A stretch of 60,448 nt of DNA, filler included, from Dimargaris cristalligena (lineage: Eukaryota), in the NCBI GenBank assembly GCA_003614675.1. It is 5 parts of 5 records of this genome, joined end to end, with 100 filler letters (N's around TTAATTAATTAA, not from the genome) between each part and the next. Parts side by side here need not be neighbours in the genome. Positions count along the whole stretch, not along the records: positions 36,369 to 48,362 come from ML003065.1; positions 48,463 to 60,448 come from ML003066.1; 3 more parts are not named here. One strand, written 5' to 3'. Shown in pieces: positions 38,175 through 51,294 of this stretch. Position numbers and translations under genes: made by a program. Each line of letters opens with the position of its first letter. Positions within the stretch are counted from its first letter, which is position 1. The notes under the pieces were generated by a model, which worked only from the letters and a program-made list of their open reading frames with translations, did no database searches and was not told the DNA's origin.

Positions 38175-40343
38175 TGTAGTGCCAACCAACATGTCAAGGT
38201 TGGTTGCTAATAATTGATAGTGTATTCTGCGTTTTACTTATCCATCAATTCTATGTCTAGTTTGATTTTATTCTCTCAATACCCATTGTGACTGTTTCTA
38301 TCATATCTTGCTACAATGAATAGTATTGCAATTATTTTATAGTGATGTATTCCATTCATTATAGCTTACTTTCAACCCTCACATACTTTCTCTTGCATTG
38401 TTACTAGTATTTCTACAGTATTCAAAATCACATATAAGAAGCATTGGAATCCTGCAAAGGAAACCAATAAGGTATCTACTCACTGAAGTCTGTATACCTT
38501 CAATACTAATAGCCATTATAATAAAACCATTAGTATTTTTGCTGCTATTATCCAAGCACTTTGACAAATCCGTTTCCATGTTCCCTATGTGTATACTCCA
38601 CGTCCACCATAAGCACCAGCACCCCTGGGACCACCCAATCTGTTCTCTCTAGCATCCCCAAACCTGTCGAATTGGGACCTTCCATTGTAGAATCAAAGCA
38701 GTCTGAGAAGGGCAGCAAGGCCATTTAGCAGATCTCCAAGCCTAACACGTCAAAGGTGGAGTCATCCATTACTACAAGTATACCTGTACTCTTGCAGTCC
38801 ACATTAAAAATATCACTGAACATAAGTGGATGGCCTGATATTGTTACTATATTGGAGAAGGTCAGTTGAGATGCTTATGGATACCATCTACTTAACTGTG
38901 AACTGCACTTACTTGTGACCAATTCACAGCAATAGTACCTCCCAATTTTATAAGGTAGCCACGATTTATTTATCCTAGCACCCAATTAAGTTGGGAACAG
39001 TCTTAGAGCCTAGGTTCGACAGTCAAGGAATAAAACCCTAGAAAATGGGCTGATATGATAGGAATTTAGCGCGATTGAATAGGAAATTCAATGGAATACA
39101 GACGGGAATGTGGTAGGGGGCCGATTTTTGCCCATTGTGAAACCTGGGTCATCAGTCAGGTTAATCGCTGTTCAACAGCCCAACCGAAAAGCCTCACTGA
39201 CACTCTCTGACAAGTCATGTGATGTTCAGAGAGCATCGTCACCATATAGGTAAAATGGAGGATTGAGTGTGTAGCCATTGAGCCGAACCCTATATCCACA
39301 CGCCCTAGTTTCCACTGCCACGTGACCTAGCCTTAAGTGGTAGTCATCGTGAGCCGTGATGGCGTGCTTTAATAGACCGACTTGGAAGACCGAAATATAA
39401 ACTAAAATGGATTTTGCACCCACCGTGTCTCCCCCTAACAAGCAGTGCGCCTGACTGCCGTTGCTGTGGCACAGATGCTGTTTGACACGCAGTTAAAGGA
39501 GAGTAAGGAACGCACAATCCATCTATACTTCCTCCTCCTGGACTTTGGTGGTGGTGTAGCCGCCCTCTACTACTTGTATTCCCAAGGGCGCTTTATCTAG
39601 AGAGAGAGAGGCCCAAGCATTCTCCCCCAACCAAGTGAGACACGCACGTCTGAGAATCGGGTATTGGGCAGGACGGTGACGGCTTGTGACTGGCCCCTCC
39701 GCCCGATTAGTCAGCCAATGCTTTATAGTTTTAGTACCCGCCGCCGTATGTTGGTTGGTGTCTCACCTGTCCTTTCGAGTATAAGCGCATCATTATTGAT
39801 TCATCCTCACTCCCCCCCCCCTAGTTGCCTTGGGGAGATTATATGCGCTTGACCCAGCCACACTGCCGTTTTCCTCTTCGTTCTTCGTATATGCGCGCAT
39901 CCCTTTTCTATGCTTCTTCTCCATGTATTACTCAGCCGAAGATGGTTATATGCCGTGTGTACCATATGATCCAGTCTACTTTTATCGATCCATCAATCAC
40001 TACCATATTATTGTATGCTATTTCTTCGTACAAAGGGGGCTCCTATATAAATAAACCACCATCCCGCGCCCAAGCCATGCTCTCTATTTCAGCCCAACTG
40101 CTCTTCTAATTCTTTAGAAACTTTCTTTTCTATTTGGCCGCTTGTACCATACCGCCCCTCCCTTAGCTTTCCTTGTAATTTCTCAGCCACTATTGGTTTT
40201 TCACTTTCTTGTCCAATATTATAATCGGTTCGAGCTACCCACGCTCACTTCACGCCAATCCCACTCAACCGCACTAGTAATAATACCCCCATCCCTTTCG
40301 AGGCACCTACCCTATCATTAAATCTACCCAACCTACCGAAACC

Positions 40344-42457
40344 ATGCCGGCTGATACACTTATCGCTCAACAGGCGCAGCCGAACTCGCCGAAGTTCGAG
40401 GAGAGCACCGGTAAGTCGCTGTCCATATGCCTCGTCACCAGCCTTATATTCGGTGCGAGTACCCTGGCCAAGTGCACTATGCCAGAAACACCCCCTTTTC
40501 CAATGACTGCGCACTTTGCTCCAAGCTACGTAAAGTCCTATCTGGGCCTTACTATAGTTTTCGACATACGACTGTGGAGAACCCCTGCATATGAAGGATA
40601 CGCGTGTTAAATAGTATATCTGTGAGCCCTACGTGTATGTCCCCCTCTCCCCTCTATTACAGTACCAGGTTTTGAACACATAGTTCTCTTCACCAATAAT
40701 CTGGTGAAAATGACTCCCCAAGGCCGACGGCCCGGTATGATTGGGAAACCCCACGGAGAGGTATGTTACAACCATCCTATAAATTATTTTTTAAACATCC
40801 GGTAGAAGTCCTTGTTTATAGCAACCCTATGGATAGTATGGCTTCCTGAACCATCGCCAAGTAGACTCACCAACTATTCGGATTGGTAATCCTTATTTTC
40901 TTACACAGTTGGCCCGGGCCCTCGTCGAGACCTTGGAGTCTAGCGCTTTCCAAAGCCAGCGGTCGTTTGTCCCCCGCTTTGAGTACGATGCCGACTCCGC
41001 CACGTTGGTGGCGCCCGCTCCTGCCTATTTTGATTACATGCGCACCATTAGTTATCCAAACACACCTCGCAGTGGCCGGTCACCCACCTCATCACGCTCG
41101 TCCTCGAATGTGCCGTCCCCAACTAACTCGCCCATGATGCAGCCTACCCCGGACATCCAGGCTCTGTCCAGTAAAGCCATAACCTACCATAGCATTCGAG
41201 GCCGAGATGACATGGAAATTACAGGTACGTCAACTAATAGACCTTTATACTACCTACTTCTTTATATATTTATGCATATATATTCCACATGGTACATCAG
41301 TGTCTGCTTTGTCTAACTTGTCATTTAGTGATTGAGTCCACTAGATACACCAACATGCTATTGTTAAACCATACCACCTTTTTACGAATCTCTTTGAATG
41401 CCATTATAATCAATCCCCATTCTTTTTCCTTATTCCAACCCCAGCCAAAGTCTTCTTGCTCAATGCCCCCACTGACTCTCGGACGACGGAGATTTACCTA
41501 CGCCAGTGCCTTGGTCGACTGAAGGACCACCTCGGGGTTGATGTAATCGATAACGTGATTGTTTCCTTCAACGGCTTTGAGTTCAGCGACAACGACGAAG
41601 CACTACCCATGGAAGTAACTGGACCACCACTCCACTCCTCCTCTTTCCCCCGGCAAGACCAAGTGCATTGGCCTGTGCCATTCGAATACATTATATCCAC
41701 TTGGCAAGTGTTGGAAGCCTTGCACGACGAGGGTGTCGCCAAATCGCTGGGGGTGAGCCAGTTCAACCATAACCAACTGGAGCGCCTACTTGCCTATGCG
41801 AAGCACCGGCCTCTCGTAGACCAAGTGACATTGGCCAGTTGCTGTGCCATGCCTAAGCAGCTACTTAAATACTGCCAGGAGCGGGACGTTGACGTGCAAC
41901 GTAACAGTGATCCGACTGGTAAGTGGTATGAGGCCAAAACTCTTTATTGGTCATATATTCTACCCAACGTGTATATATTGATTTAAATTAAAACCCCCGG
42001 AATGAACTCTTACTAATTTATTTCGGAATATATTACCTATTGGCCGGGATACCCACTAATTACATGTGCATAATTGGACCCCTTTGACTGTGCAACATCC
42101 TCATTTACCCCCTTAGACATCCTAACCCAAACTGACCTGGATCAAATCACACGGCAATTTCCTAAACTGCGTCATCCGGAGCATCCCTTGGCCCCCAAAT
42201 GGGTGGTAAAATATAGCGTTTTAATCAAACACCGGGGCATCCTTGGCAACAAAGGGTAAGTCATACAGTTCCAATCAGTAAAGCAGGACATCCGAGAGAG
42301 GGGTGATAGTTGGCCTACTTAGTATAATTGTCACATTTAAGTATTTACATTATTTATATTACAGAGTATTAACCACAGTTGTTCCACACTAAATTGCTTT
42401 TTTATATACAATCATGCTGGTTGCCGCTTTTCTAGATACATTGTATATGCTGACTGA
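40344..42457 (+). CDS. GCLM: Glutamate-cysteine ligase modifier (regulatory) subunit, AKR-like fold. Exons 40344-40410, 40663-40760, 40909-41224, 41445-41918, 42117-42255, 42436-42457
   Basis: 'IVLFTNNL', 'RDDMEITAKVFL', 'WQVLEALHDEGVAKSLGVSQF', 'DQVTLASCCAMPKQL', 'SDPTDIL', 'PKWVVKYSVLIKHRGILGNKGYIV' are typical GCLM motifs. All introns are GT-AG and in phase. Confidence 0.9.
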
Positions 42458-42805
42458 GTGGCTAATTCCGATCTACTGGGTTTATTTTGGTATCATACAG
42501 TTGCACCCCACTTCCAAAGTGCATTGGTTAAGCAAACGATACGTCTATTTTATTCACTGTCTACCATTGACACACCCGGTTACTGGATTGGGCTCCATTA
42601 CTTATTTTCAATTTTAACAACTGCCCATATGTGGTATACCCGATATTTCCGCTAGATTTTGAACTCGGTCTACCTATCCGGGTTTTAATCTGGGCGATCA
42701 GCCTAATACACTTCGGGATCTTGGCCCACGCTACATTTCTAACGGAATATAAATGAATTCTTGGTAATAAGTATATTAAAAACAAAACTGTCTTAGCTGA
42801 ACACC

Positions 42806-45800
42806 TTAATCAGCCTGACACACCCGGGTCAGATTCAAACTTTTGTAGTAGTTTACAATATTCTGGTCCCCTCCAAAATATTTTTCGAATTTACTGATGG
42901 GCTTAGGGTCGAGATCGATGGCGTGGATGGAGTACCATAACTCAGTACCGCCAGCTAAATGGTGATCAGGGTTACCAGCCGCCAGTGGGGTACTTGGACC
43001 GGCAGTGGTGGTGGCATCGGTTACAATGGCCCGGTTACTAACTGTATCCCAAGAAAAAATGAGTTGGCCGGTGTGGTGTTGAGGTGGTTCGGTGGTAGTA
43101 GTGGTATCATCGGCGGGGGGGAACCACAATGAAATGAAAATCGAGCAGTCCTTTAGAGTGGCTGATATAAGGTATTCGACAATCGCTTGACGGAGGGAGT
43201 GGGCGTTGGGATTAATGTAGTCTAGTGACGAGTAAGGTATATTATAGAGTATGGGAGAGGACACAAACATACCCGAGGTTAGCCACACAAAAAAAAATCA
43301 AAAATAAATAAATAGGGGCAATCAGATTTTCAGTGAGTGGTTCAATAGCCGCGGTGAGCCAATTAAAGCAACCGCGGATCCATCTCGACGGTTGCGTACC
43401 TGGTTGTTGTTTGCGGGAATCCAGCAAAGCCTGTTCTGCCGCGTAGGCCCACTCATCGCTAGTCGGGAGAGTAAGGAGTCGATCTTTTAAGGGCCCATTG
43501 CTAGGATCTACCATAAAATCCCGAACTAGCGGATATAGGGCTTCAATATCCCACTGGTCTAGTCGCTGTTGCCACCGCTGGATCCGTCGCAGGATAGGTT
43601 CCTTCAATAGAATCCCCACGAGGACGGGTGTTAGGTGTGATTCCAGGATGGACGTTAAATGCAATCTGTCGGGCCGCAAGGAAGATGTGAATATTAAGCA
43701 TCAATACATATTGCTCATCCCCGAATCAGTCATCATATGGGTGAAATTCAAACCAGCTGTATAAGGTTTTACATAATATATATATGGGGGGATATATGTG
43801 AGAATAGCTTTTAACCAGTAATATTGGCCTCATCCAATGGATTTTTCGCTATACAGCCTGAATGAAGTTCTCCCATATGCTTGGGGTGGCAGTTGGGGGA
43901 CATCCCGTTCACCTTGGAATCAAACAAACCAGTACCAAGGCACATTTGTATTAGTGGTATCCACAGTCGCCTAGAACTACTTACTTTGAATCTGCTTCGT
44001 TGACTATTGATGAGGGGACGTGTTTTTGAAAAAAGCGCAGAACCTGCTGATTCCAACTCGGGGGTGTGGTTAAATAACCGTCACCGTTGAACAGCCGCAT
44101 GTTGTTGCGTGGGTTTCGGTACAGAGTCTCCAATGCCCGCTCCACCCTTTCAGAGTTGGGCGAGTATAGGTCCATGGGACAGAATTCCGTCAGGGGTAGA
44201 ATTGCCCCGGGTCGCGACTTATACTGGTCTCGGTGGCGATCCAGATACTTTTTCATACAGAAACGGCAGGTCTTCCGTTTTATGTGGTCTTGGGGGAGAG
44301 CCACGGAATTAGACAAGAATCCCCACTTGGGCTAGGTAATGTCCGCGGCGGATTATAGGGCGGTTGCAATAGTTGGGCAAGAAGATTAGCCACACGAGCC
44401 TCAAAATGAGTGGAACTGCTAATAGGGTGATGGGGAAATGACCAAATAAAGATTACCAGCATCGGGTATATATCCCCCACCCACTGGCCTGGAGACGATA
44501 AACCATATTATGTTGAAGGTAAATACCTTAATTTCGACCGACAGGCCCGTCTCGGCCGTTGAAATACTTGGATTCGAAGAGGGGGATTTCGGACTGTAAG
44601 TTAAATCGATGGTGACCATGGCATGCACATAACTTGAATCGATACCTTTATGCAGACGGTAGTCAGGTCGGTAAGAGCTAGTTTGCTCGTCCAGTTCAGT
44701 CAGAAATTGAGGAGTAACCTCTTGTAAGCACTACATCGAGGTGATTCAATTAACGAGGTCCAGAAAATATATATTAGTGGCCGCCTGAGAAACCTATAGG
44801 GCTGGTGTGTGTAAGTGAATAATCTGGGAATGGGCTAGCAAGGAAATTACTACCACCGCTGGCCCGGACTAAGACTTCAACCAAGCATTGGTTATCAGTA
44901 AATATGAGCAGTTGTGCAGTGAATGGCCTGTTTAATGCCGACATACCATGGGTGCCGTGTACTCAGAGCCGACCAGGGGTATTATGGTGCTTTCAATGTA
45001 TGTGAGTACCGTCTGATAACTGTTTGCCTGATTCGGTTTTGACGATGGGACTTCAAGGGACCGAGAGCCCGACTTGCGCACTCGCAGAGCCAGCCCTTGC
45101 TAATCAAGTTAATGTGGGCGATCAATAAGGCAGTCTCAGTCTCAAGGATTAGTGATTAAGAATAATATTCGAGCACTTCACTGTTTTTTCACTGCTGCAT
45201 CCAACTTAAACAGCCACTGTGCCAATTTGTTAGTTTCTCACGCCCGTTCAATTCCAAGGATACTTGCTAATTTAGGACAGGCTGGAAGTAGTGTACTGGG
45301 CGGATTGGGAGTCAATCCATTTTGCCCAAAAGATGGACAAATTTAAATATAGATCGCCCCAGTATATACTAACCCACCCATCCAGTTATTTAGATTGGAT
45401 CATGCCAACTGTTGGAATGGGAGCCGTGTAGTCAAACCCAGAAGAGGTTGGTCGGCTGAACACCACACGACCCACCCTTCGAAGGCCAAGATCACAATAA
45501 ACCCATATCCATGGCCAGGTCGTACGCCCCCTCTCCAAACCCCCACTCTTGACTGGAGAAAACGTAAAATAGCAGTAATATACATCTTTCAGGGAGGGCC
45601 GAGTGAGGAGGAGTTGCAAGGGGCAATCAATCAGAGGTCGGGGACAGTGTCCGTAGATAACTTCCAAGTGAACCAGTAGCTGCTTCCAGGAAGAACCCAA
45701 CACCGAGCCACTCACAGCCCAATACACCTCACTTTATTTTCCGCGCCGTCCTCAATAAAGCCGGAACCGAGTACCAAGAATGAACAACTTATAAGCAATT

Positions 45801-45985
45801 CCGCAGTGAAAATGGCCGCCTAGGGGACGGCAGCAGGCGGTACTTACATAGGCCGGAATCGAGCTCACCGACGAGAATATGATATTGGCGTTGCCCTCAT
45901 TCTTGTAGCGCCAGAATGAGGGATCGAGAATCACCTCCCGGGGAGGGAGGGAGACGCAGAATGAAGGGGTCGGGCTGGCGGACAT
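42806..45985 (-). CDS. IPK1: Inositol-pentakisphosphate 2-kinase. Exons 45985-45848, 45099-44947, 44730-44527, 44331-43985, 43665-43400, 43221-42806
   Basis: 'WRYKNEGNANIIF', 'LALRVRK', spliced 'SVEIK|PKWGFL', 'CRFCM', 'FCPMDLYS', 'PRNNMRLF', 'YLISATLKDCSIFI', 'IDLDPKP..K' are Ins_P5_2-kin motifs. Confidence 0.92.
43738..43875 (+). mobile_element. MITE family copy F, inside IPK1 intron 4
   Basis: CA-TA|TGGGTGAAATTCAAACCAGCTGTATA...TATACAGCCTGAATGAAGTTCTCCCA|TA-TG; both TIRs and the TA duplication are intact. Confidence 0.88.
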
Positions 45986-48188
45986 GGCGTTGAATGGTGT
46001 TGTTCGAAATGGGGAATGCGGCCAGGTGAGTAGGTCAATGCACTGGGGGAAGGCGAACGTGGTTGAACTGGTAAGGGGAGGTTAGACGCAAGTAGAGTAA
46101 AAAAATCTATTTTTAAGGGTGAAAAGGAATACAACGGAGTAAAGTCTCTGGACGACAGGCACAAATGGACCCATGGGCGAACTCAGGGGTTTAAAAACAG
46201 CGGAACAAGGGAAAGAAGAGGTGGTGTCACCAGCGCAGTTTACATGCAGGGCACGGCTTTATAGCTGGGACCCTTGGAGCGGTGGTATAGTCAGTCACTC
46301 TGGGGATTGGCCTATAACCAACGTGTATGCATGCATACATGTTATAGACCCAGATACGTTTCCGAAGGACCGGTACGTCCAAGTGAAGGCGCACATTGGC
46401 ATTTACTTTACAGTGGTGGTGGTGGCCAGGCCGCACCATTGTACAGGCTTTGGTGCATAACTGCCCCCCTCTACGCCGTCGGTCCCCCTTGAACACAACC
46501 AACAGCCCAACCTCAACCATTTCCATTTAATCAGCCCATATATGGTATAGCAATACAATGTAGATATATTTTACCAACCTGGCCCCAACCAATACACACT
46601 CAGGCGAAACGGTGTGAAGCACAGGCCCAAACACCTACGGCAACGATTGGGAGGTAACCAGTGGCATTCCTTTATTCCGTAGAGGCACTTGTGTTACCTT
46701 TCTCTTGTAGCTGTTGGCTCGGCCCGGCACTGTATAGGTGGGGTTTATCTACTGTTTATCCCATGACTCCCCCATGGCAAGCTCTAGTTTGGCGGACTGA
46801 GTTGTTTCAAACTCTGCTGACCCAACGTCTACCAAGGCCCAGTCAGTATCACCTTGGCCTTAAATATTCTCCGCATCGAACATTCGTCCATTGGATATCC
46901 AACACCAGTTCCTTACATATCATTTTCGGTACGGCTGTTAGCATAGATTGCCATAAAAAAGGGGGTTTAGTTACTGCATTTGCCACTGTGGTTGAATCCA
47001 CTACTAATGTCAGTTTGGTCATTATTTACGGTCTAATCTATACTCTGTATCGACATGTGTCTGGCATTGACGGAGCAAATCGTGATCCTCAGCCAAATAA
47101 TGTTCCTTCTTTCAATGACACGGCCACACAGCGCTTGGGAGTCTGGGCTAATCAACTTCACGGGCGGATCGTTCAGAGCCCCTGATTGAAAATATGATCG
47201 AGATATAGACGTATTGATAAAATAGACTATCCAGGTGGCAGTCATACCGGCCACTAAACAACAGCACAAGGATATTATCACTTTGGATTTATCCAGTGAC
47301 CATCACTTCCCTTATGCATGAAATATACTGCTACACCCACTGGTCTGTTTATACCACATTAATGGTTGAGCTCCCACCTGAATTATTAAGTTCAATCGAG
47401 AAAAGGGGAGTTCCAAAATATAATTTAGTCGAGCTGATTTATTTACAAAAGGTATTAAATGGGTTTCTGATAAATGTCCTATTGTTTAACGATGAAATGG
47501 TTCGATAACATACTGCAGGGCCGCCGAAGACCCGAGAGGGTTAGGACTGATGTCTGAACAGAACGCGCAATCTTTGTATCTTCACAATAGTCATTAAGAG
47601 GTAGTAATCGCCAGGAGACCAGTGGGATTGTTTGACTTGGTTTTACAAAATGTAGGCTAACCAACTTGTGATGTGACGTAAACTACAGGACTGGAGAACA
47701 GAGAAGAGTATAGTCGAGGCCTTAGTTAGGAGACATCCAAGAATACAAACGGCTTACACTAAAACCTTGGTATCAACTTCGATGATGCATTTCCATCGCC
47801 CATAGAGCCTTGGACTTCAATTCGTCTATCCATAGAGGTATTTATACAGGGTGTATTACTTGGTCCTAAACAAACTCTAATTCACCGATCGGCTATTTCA
47901 CTTTCTCATTTAGCTGTTATTTTTATGCCACCCCCGTGTAGTCCAGCTCGTCGAATCAAAGTTGTCAGGGCCGTTCAATCGTCCTTTGGGTGACATTTTT
48001 TGTGGCTGACTGAATTGGATATAACCCATAGCTGTCACAGTCTGGCAAAATCAAATATAGCAGGATATACAGACATCTGTAGGGGCATTCTGCTGATCCA
48101 TCCAACTTTGTAGCCTCAGATGTTTTTGTGCCACTACCCCCTTCCCTAGAATTATCTACATTCAGTTGACCATGTCAATTGATGAACT

Positions 48189-48362
48189 TGTTGAAGAATA
48201 TGTTCCTATGTGTTCTTTATCCTATCCTATTTCATCCAATTATGTTAGTTTATTCTGCTATCATGAGATCATTCATATTAGCCAATTATATTTCACCCCC
48301 TTGAAAATACAGTTTAATAAAACTAACCACCTAGAGGCACCTACTGTCCTCTAGCTGCTTTC
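48189..48362 (+). mobile_element. Solo-LTR-like repeat copy 1 (cut by the gap)
   Basis: Starts TGTTGAAGAATATG, contains AATAAA, and is clearly similar to the reverse complement of 52636-52806. Confidence 0.6.
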
Positions 48363-48462
48363 NNNNNNNNNNNNNNNNNNNNNNNNNNNNNNNNNNNNNN
48401 NNNNNNTTAATTAATTAANNNNNNNNNNNNNNNNNNNNNNNNNNNNNNNNNNNNNNNNNNNN
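48363..48462. other. Artificial contig-join linker
   Basis: Ns + TTAATTAATTAA + Ns, 100 nt. Confidence 0.97.
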
Positions 48463-48465
48463 ATA

Positions 48466-48603
48466 TGGGTGAACTTCAACCCAACTGTATAAGATTTTAC
48501 ACAATATATGTATGGGATAATATGTGGGAGAATAACTTTTGACCAGTAATATTTACCTCATCAAATGGATTATTCGTTATACAGCCTGGATGAACTTCTG
48601 CCA
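48466..48603 (+). mobile_element. MITE family copy G (full length)
   Basis: TA|TGGGTGAACTTCAACCCAACTGTATAA...TTATACAGCCTGGATGAACTTCTGCCA|TA-TG. Confidence 0.88.
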
Positions 48604-50291
48604 TATGCAATGGCGGTATCATTCCCGTCATTTACCCACAAAAAAAATATACCGCCTATACTGTGGTATACACAAATAACTAACAAACTATTATTTATTT
48701 CTTTATACTCGCAGTTTGCATTAAAAAAGTCCACCGTTCTTCCTTGCATTTAAAAGTCCGACCTATTTTACAGTGGATTCCTTGTCATTCCATCTCGTTC
48801 TATTCTTGACCTTTTTTCTACATCTCTTCCCTTGTATCAAGCGGCCCCTAGGGCCCACAGGATGGTTACATAAGCAACCAGTGAATTCCCGCTTGTTTGG
48901 GACAAGAATCATTGCTCATTTAAATTTCAAACTCATTTTAAAATTCCTTGAACTCGACGACGACCTTTTATTGATTATTAATTATCAACTACCTTGTTTT
49001 TATTGTTTCTCAATAAACTTTGACACTCCTCGTTTGTCCCCCTATTCCCCGTCTGGTTTACTAACCATCCGCCCTTCTGTAACCCCAACATGATGACGTC
49101 CAACCCTGACCCTGTCTCCTCTAACTCCATGAACCTCCCGTCTTCAACAACCAGGGAGCTGGCCACCACAACTTTTGGCCATGCTGATAAGGAGGCCGCT
49201 GCCTCCTCGCGAAACCCAAAGGCCACTGGCAATAGGCCAGACCTCCCTGGTAGTACACACATGTATATTCCATCTTTTATTACACCCAACATTTCCGGAT
49301 ATTTCAAAATGCTTTGCCAGTGAAGTCATGGAACATTTGCCATTGATATCTTGGCAATTGGTAAAATTCTTGAAGTCAATGTTCTATTACCGAAATTGTG
49401 TTTGTCTGTATGTCCCGTATATGCATTTCTTTGGCAGTATCTTTACCGATTAACCTACCAATGTAATGCTAACCATGCCAGTGCAATTTGGTACATTTCT
49501 CTCATTAGCCTTTAACCGTGTATTCTCTCTAATGAATATGTATTCTAATTTTTTATATTTCAAGGGGGCGAAAATCCAGCCCAGTTCCTGTTGGTGTGGT
49601 TCAGTATAACATCCCAGGAATTTCCTTATAGTCCACACTGGAAATTATATATACAGAACATATTAAATAGATATTCAGGTCGGCCAATAGTGAATTATAT
49701 GTAATATAATGACTTGTATCATGAACCCCGCTTTATGTGGGAGTGTAATGGTCTATTAAACAGTAAGAAGTGGCTGGTTGATTTAGTATTCCAAGTTGTA
49801 AACGTATCTCTACTTACTGTCGTGTTTAATAGTTAGGAGAGTTAGAGCCGGTTCGTGTCTAGATTCTATGCGAAACCATAACCATAGATAATACCTCATC
49901 ATGCATATACCCAATTTATCCTGTTCACTATGTTTCCTGCCTATTTCTTGTCGGCTTAGCGTTATTACTATTAGCCAGCTTGACTTAATCAGGCCGGACC
50001 CAGGCACATGGATGCCCCCTTAGTTAATTGACCATACCAATGTCCTACATTACTAGTCTACTCGCCCTATATTTAATCATTGCGACCCTTATCATTCGCA
50101 AGGCACCCTTAGAAACCATATTTGGAGAGCAAAATATTCATGCATGGCCTAGGCGTAGGGGTTCCAGCACTCACTTTGATTTTACCCAACGCCATGTTAA
50201 TTGAATAATCCAACTATAGCTTAACCTTGACTGTTAACTAGGCATTGGAAAAAATAAAAATGCATATAGTAAAATAATAACACCGGCTTAT

Positions 50292-51294
50292 TCAAGTAGA
50301 GCTCGGCATTCTGTCAAGAAAGCGAGATTTGTTCCAAACATTCAACTTAGCCAACAAAATATTTAGGGCCGCAGTTGTGTAGTCAGGATCCTTTATAAGG
50401 GAAATTATTCTAAGTAATATATTAGAAAATCGTGATTCACTGATACGAATATGTTTATCATTTTGGTATACCTGGTTATTGGTGAAGAAATGAAGTTGGA
50501 CTTTGCCGGGTTTGTTATCAAATGCAAGCCCATATATCCTTGCCGACTTGACCATAACCTTGGTATTCTGTCTAAAAAATATATTTAGTCTACTGGTGAA
50601 AGAATCTAGATGGTCAGCTTCCCATTTATTAGAGGATGACCAAAGGCTCCTTGCATGATTTCAAAGACTACCGAGCATCCGTGAATTTGACAAATCGGCA
50701 GGGTTAGGGCTGGTCCCTGCACCAAGTAAATGTGGGTATGCAGGGAACGCCGCAAATAATACACCCTTGCATATTGTGCATTTCAGTTTCGAAGGGTAGT
50801 GCGCGCTTTTTCCCCAGTCGGGATTTATGCCATCCATATAATTCCCCACCATCACCAGCGGCATATACATATGCAAGAACGTTTAATCCACTGATTGCCT
50901 GGGTGCTTGAAGGACTCACTGGGCCGGCGGTACCCCGGAACTGGCCGTCAGAACTACTCACATTAATAGGCTAAATGGCATTATTCAATGCCTCCAGCGA
51001 ATTGGGTGACAAGTCCAACAATAAAGGTGGCGCTCTTTCGGCTGCCGGTAAATTTAGTCGGGATTTGCCATGCCTTTCTCTAATGAGCTGAGGGTTATTC
51101 GCGATTATATCTCCGTATAAATAGTATATAGCTCGTGTATCGCAGACTGGCGAGTAGATGCACAATAGTACCAGATACGGTGAAGAACGTCTTGTGGTTT
51201 GACGAGAGTCACGCGTATCCCATGTACAATAAGGGGTCAAGGCCGATGGCCAGAGCAGAGTCTGGAAGGCAACTCGGATGGGCCAGTCAGCCAT
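50292..51294 (-). pseudogene. Possible decayed gene of unknown family
   Basis: ORFs 50971-51294 and 50704-50961 share a frame across a single TAG. ORF 50661-50876 and the frame ending at 50292 are separated by a single TGA. No recognisable domain. Confidence 0.25.

Noticed and set aside
46661..47900. ORFs including an F-box-like 'ELPPELLSSI'
   Set aside because: The motif is too short and the surrounding frames are full of stops; at most a decayed remnant.
50661..50663. In-frame TGA as a possible selenocysteine codon
   Set aside because: No CxxU or other selenoprotein context and no SECIS element recognised.
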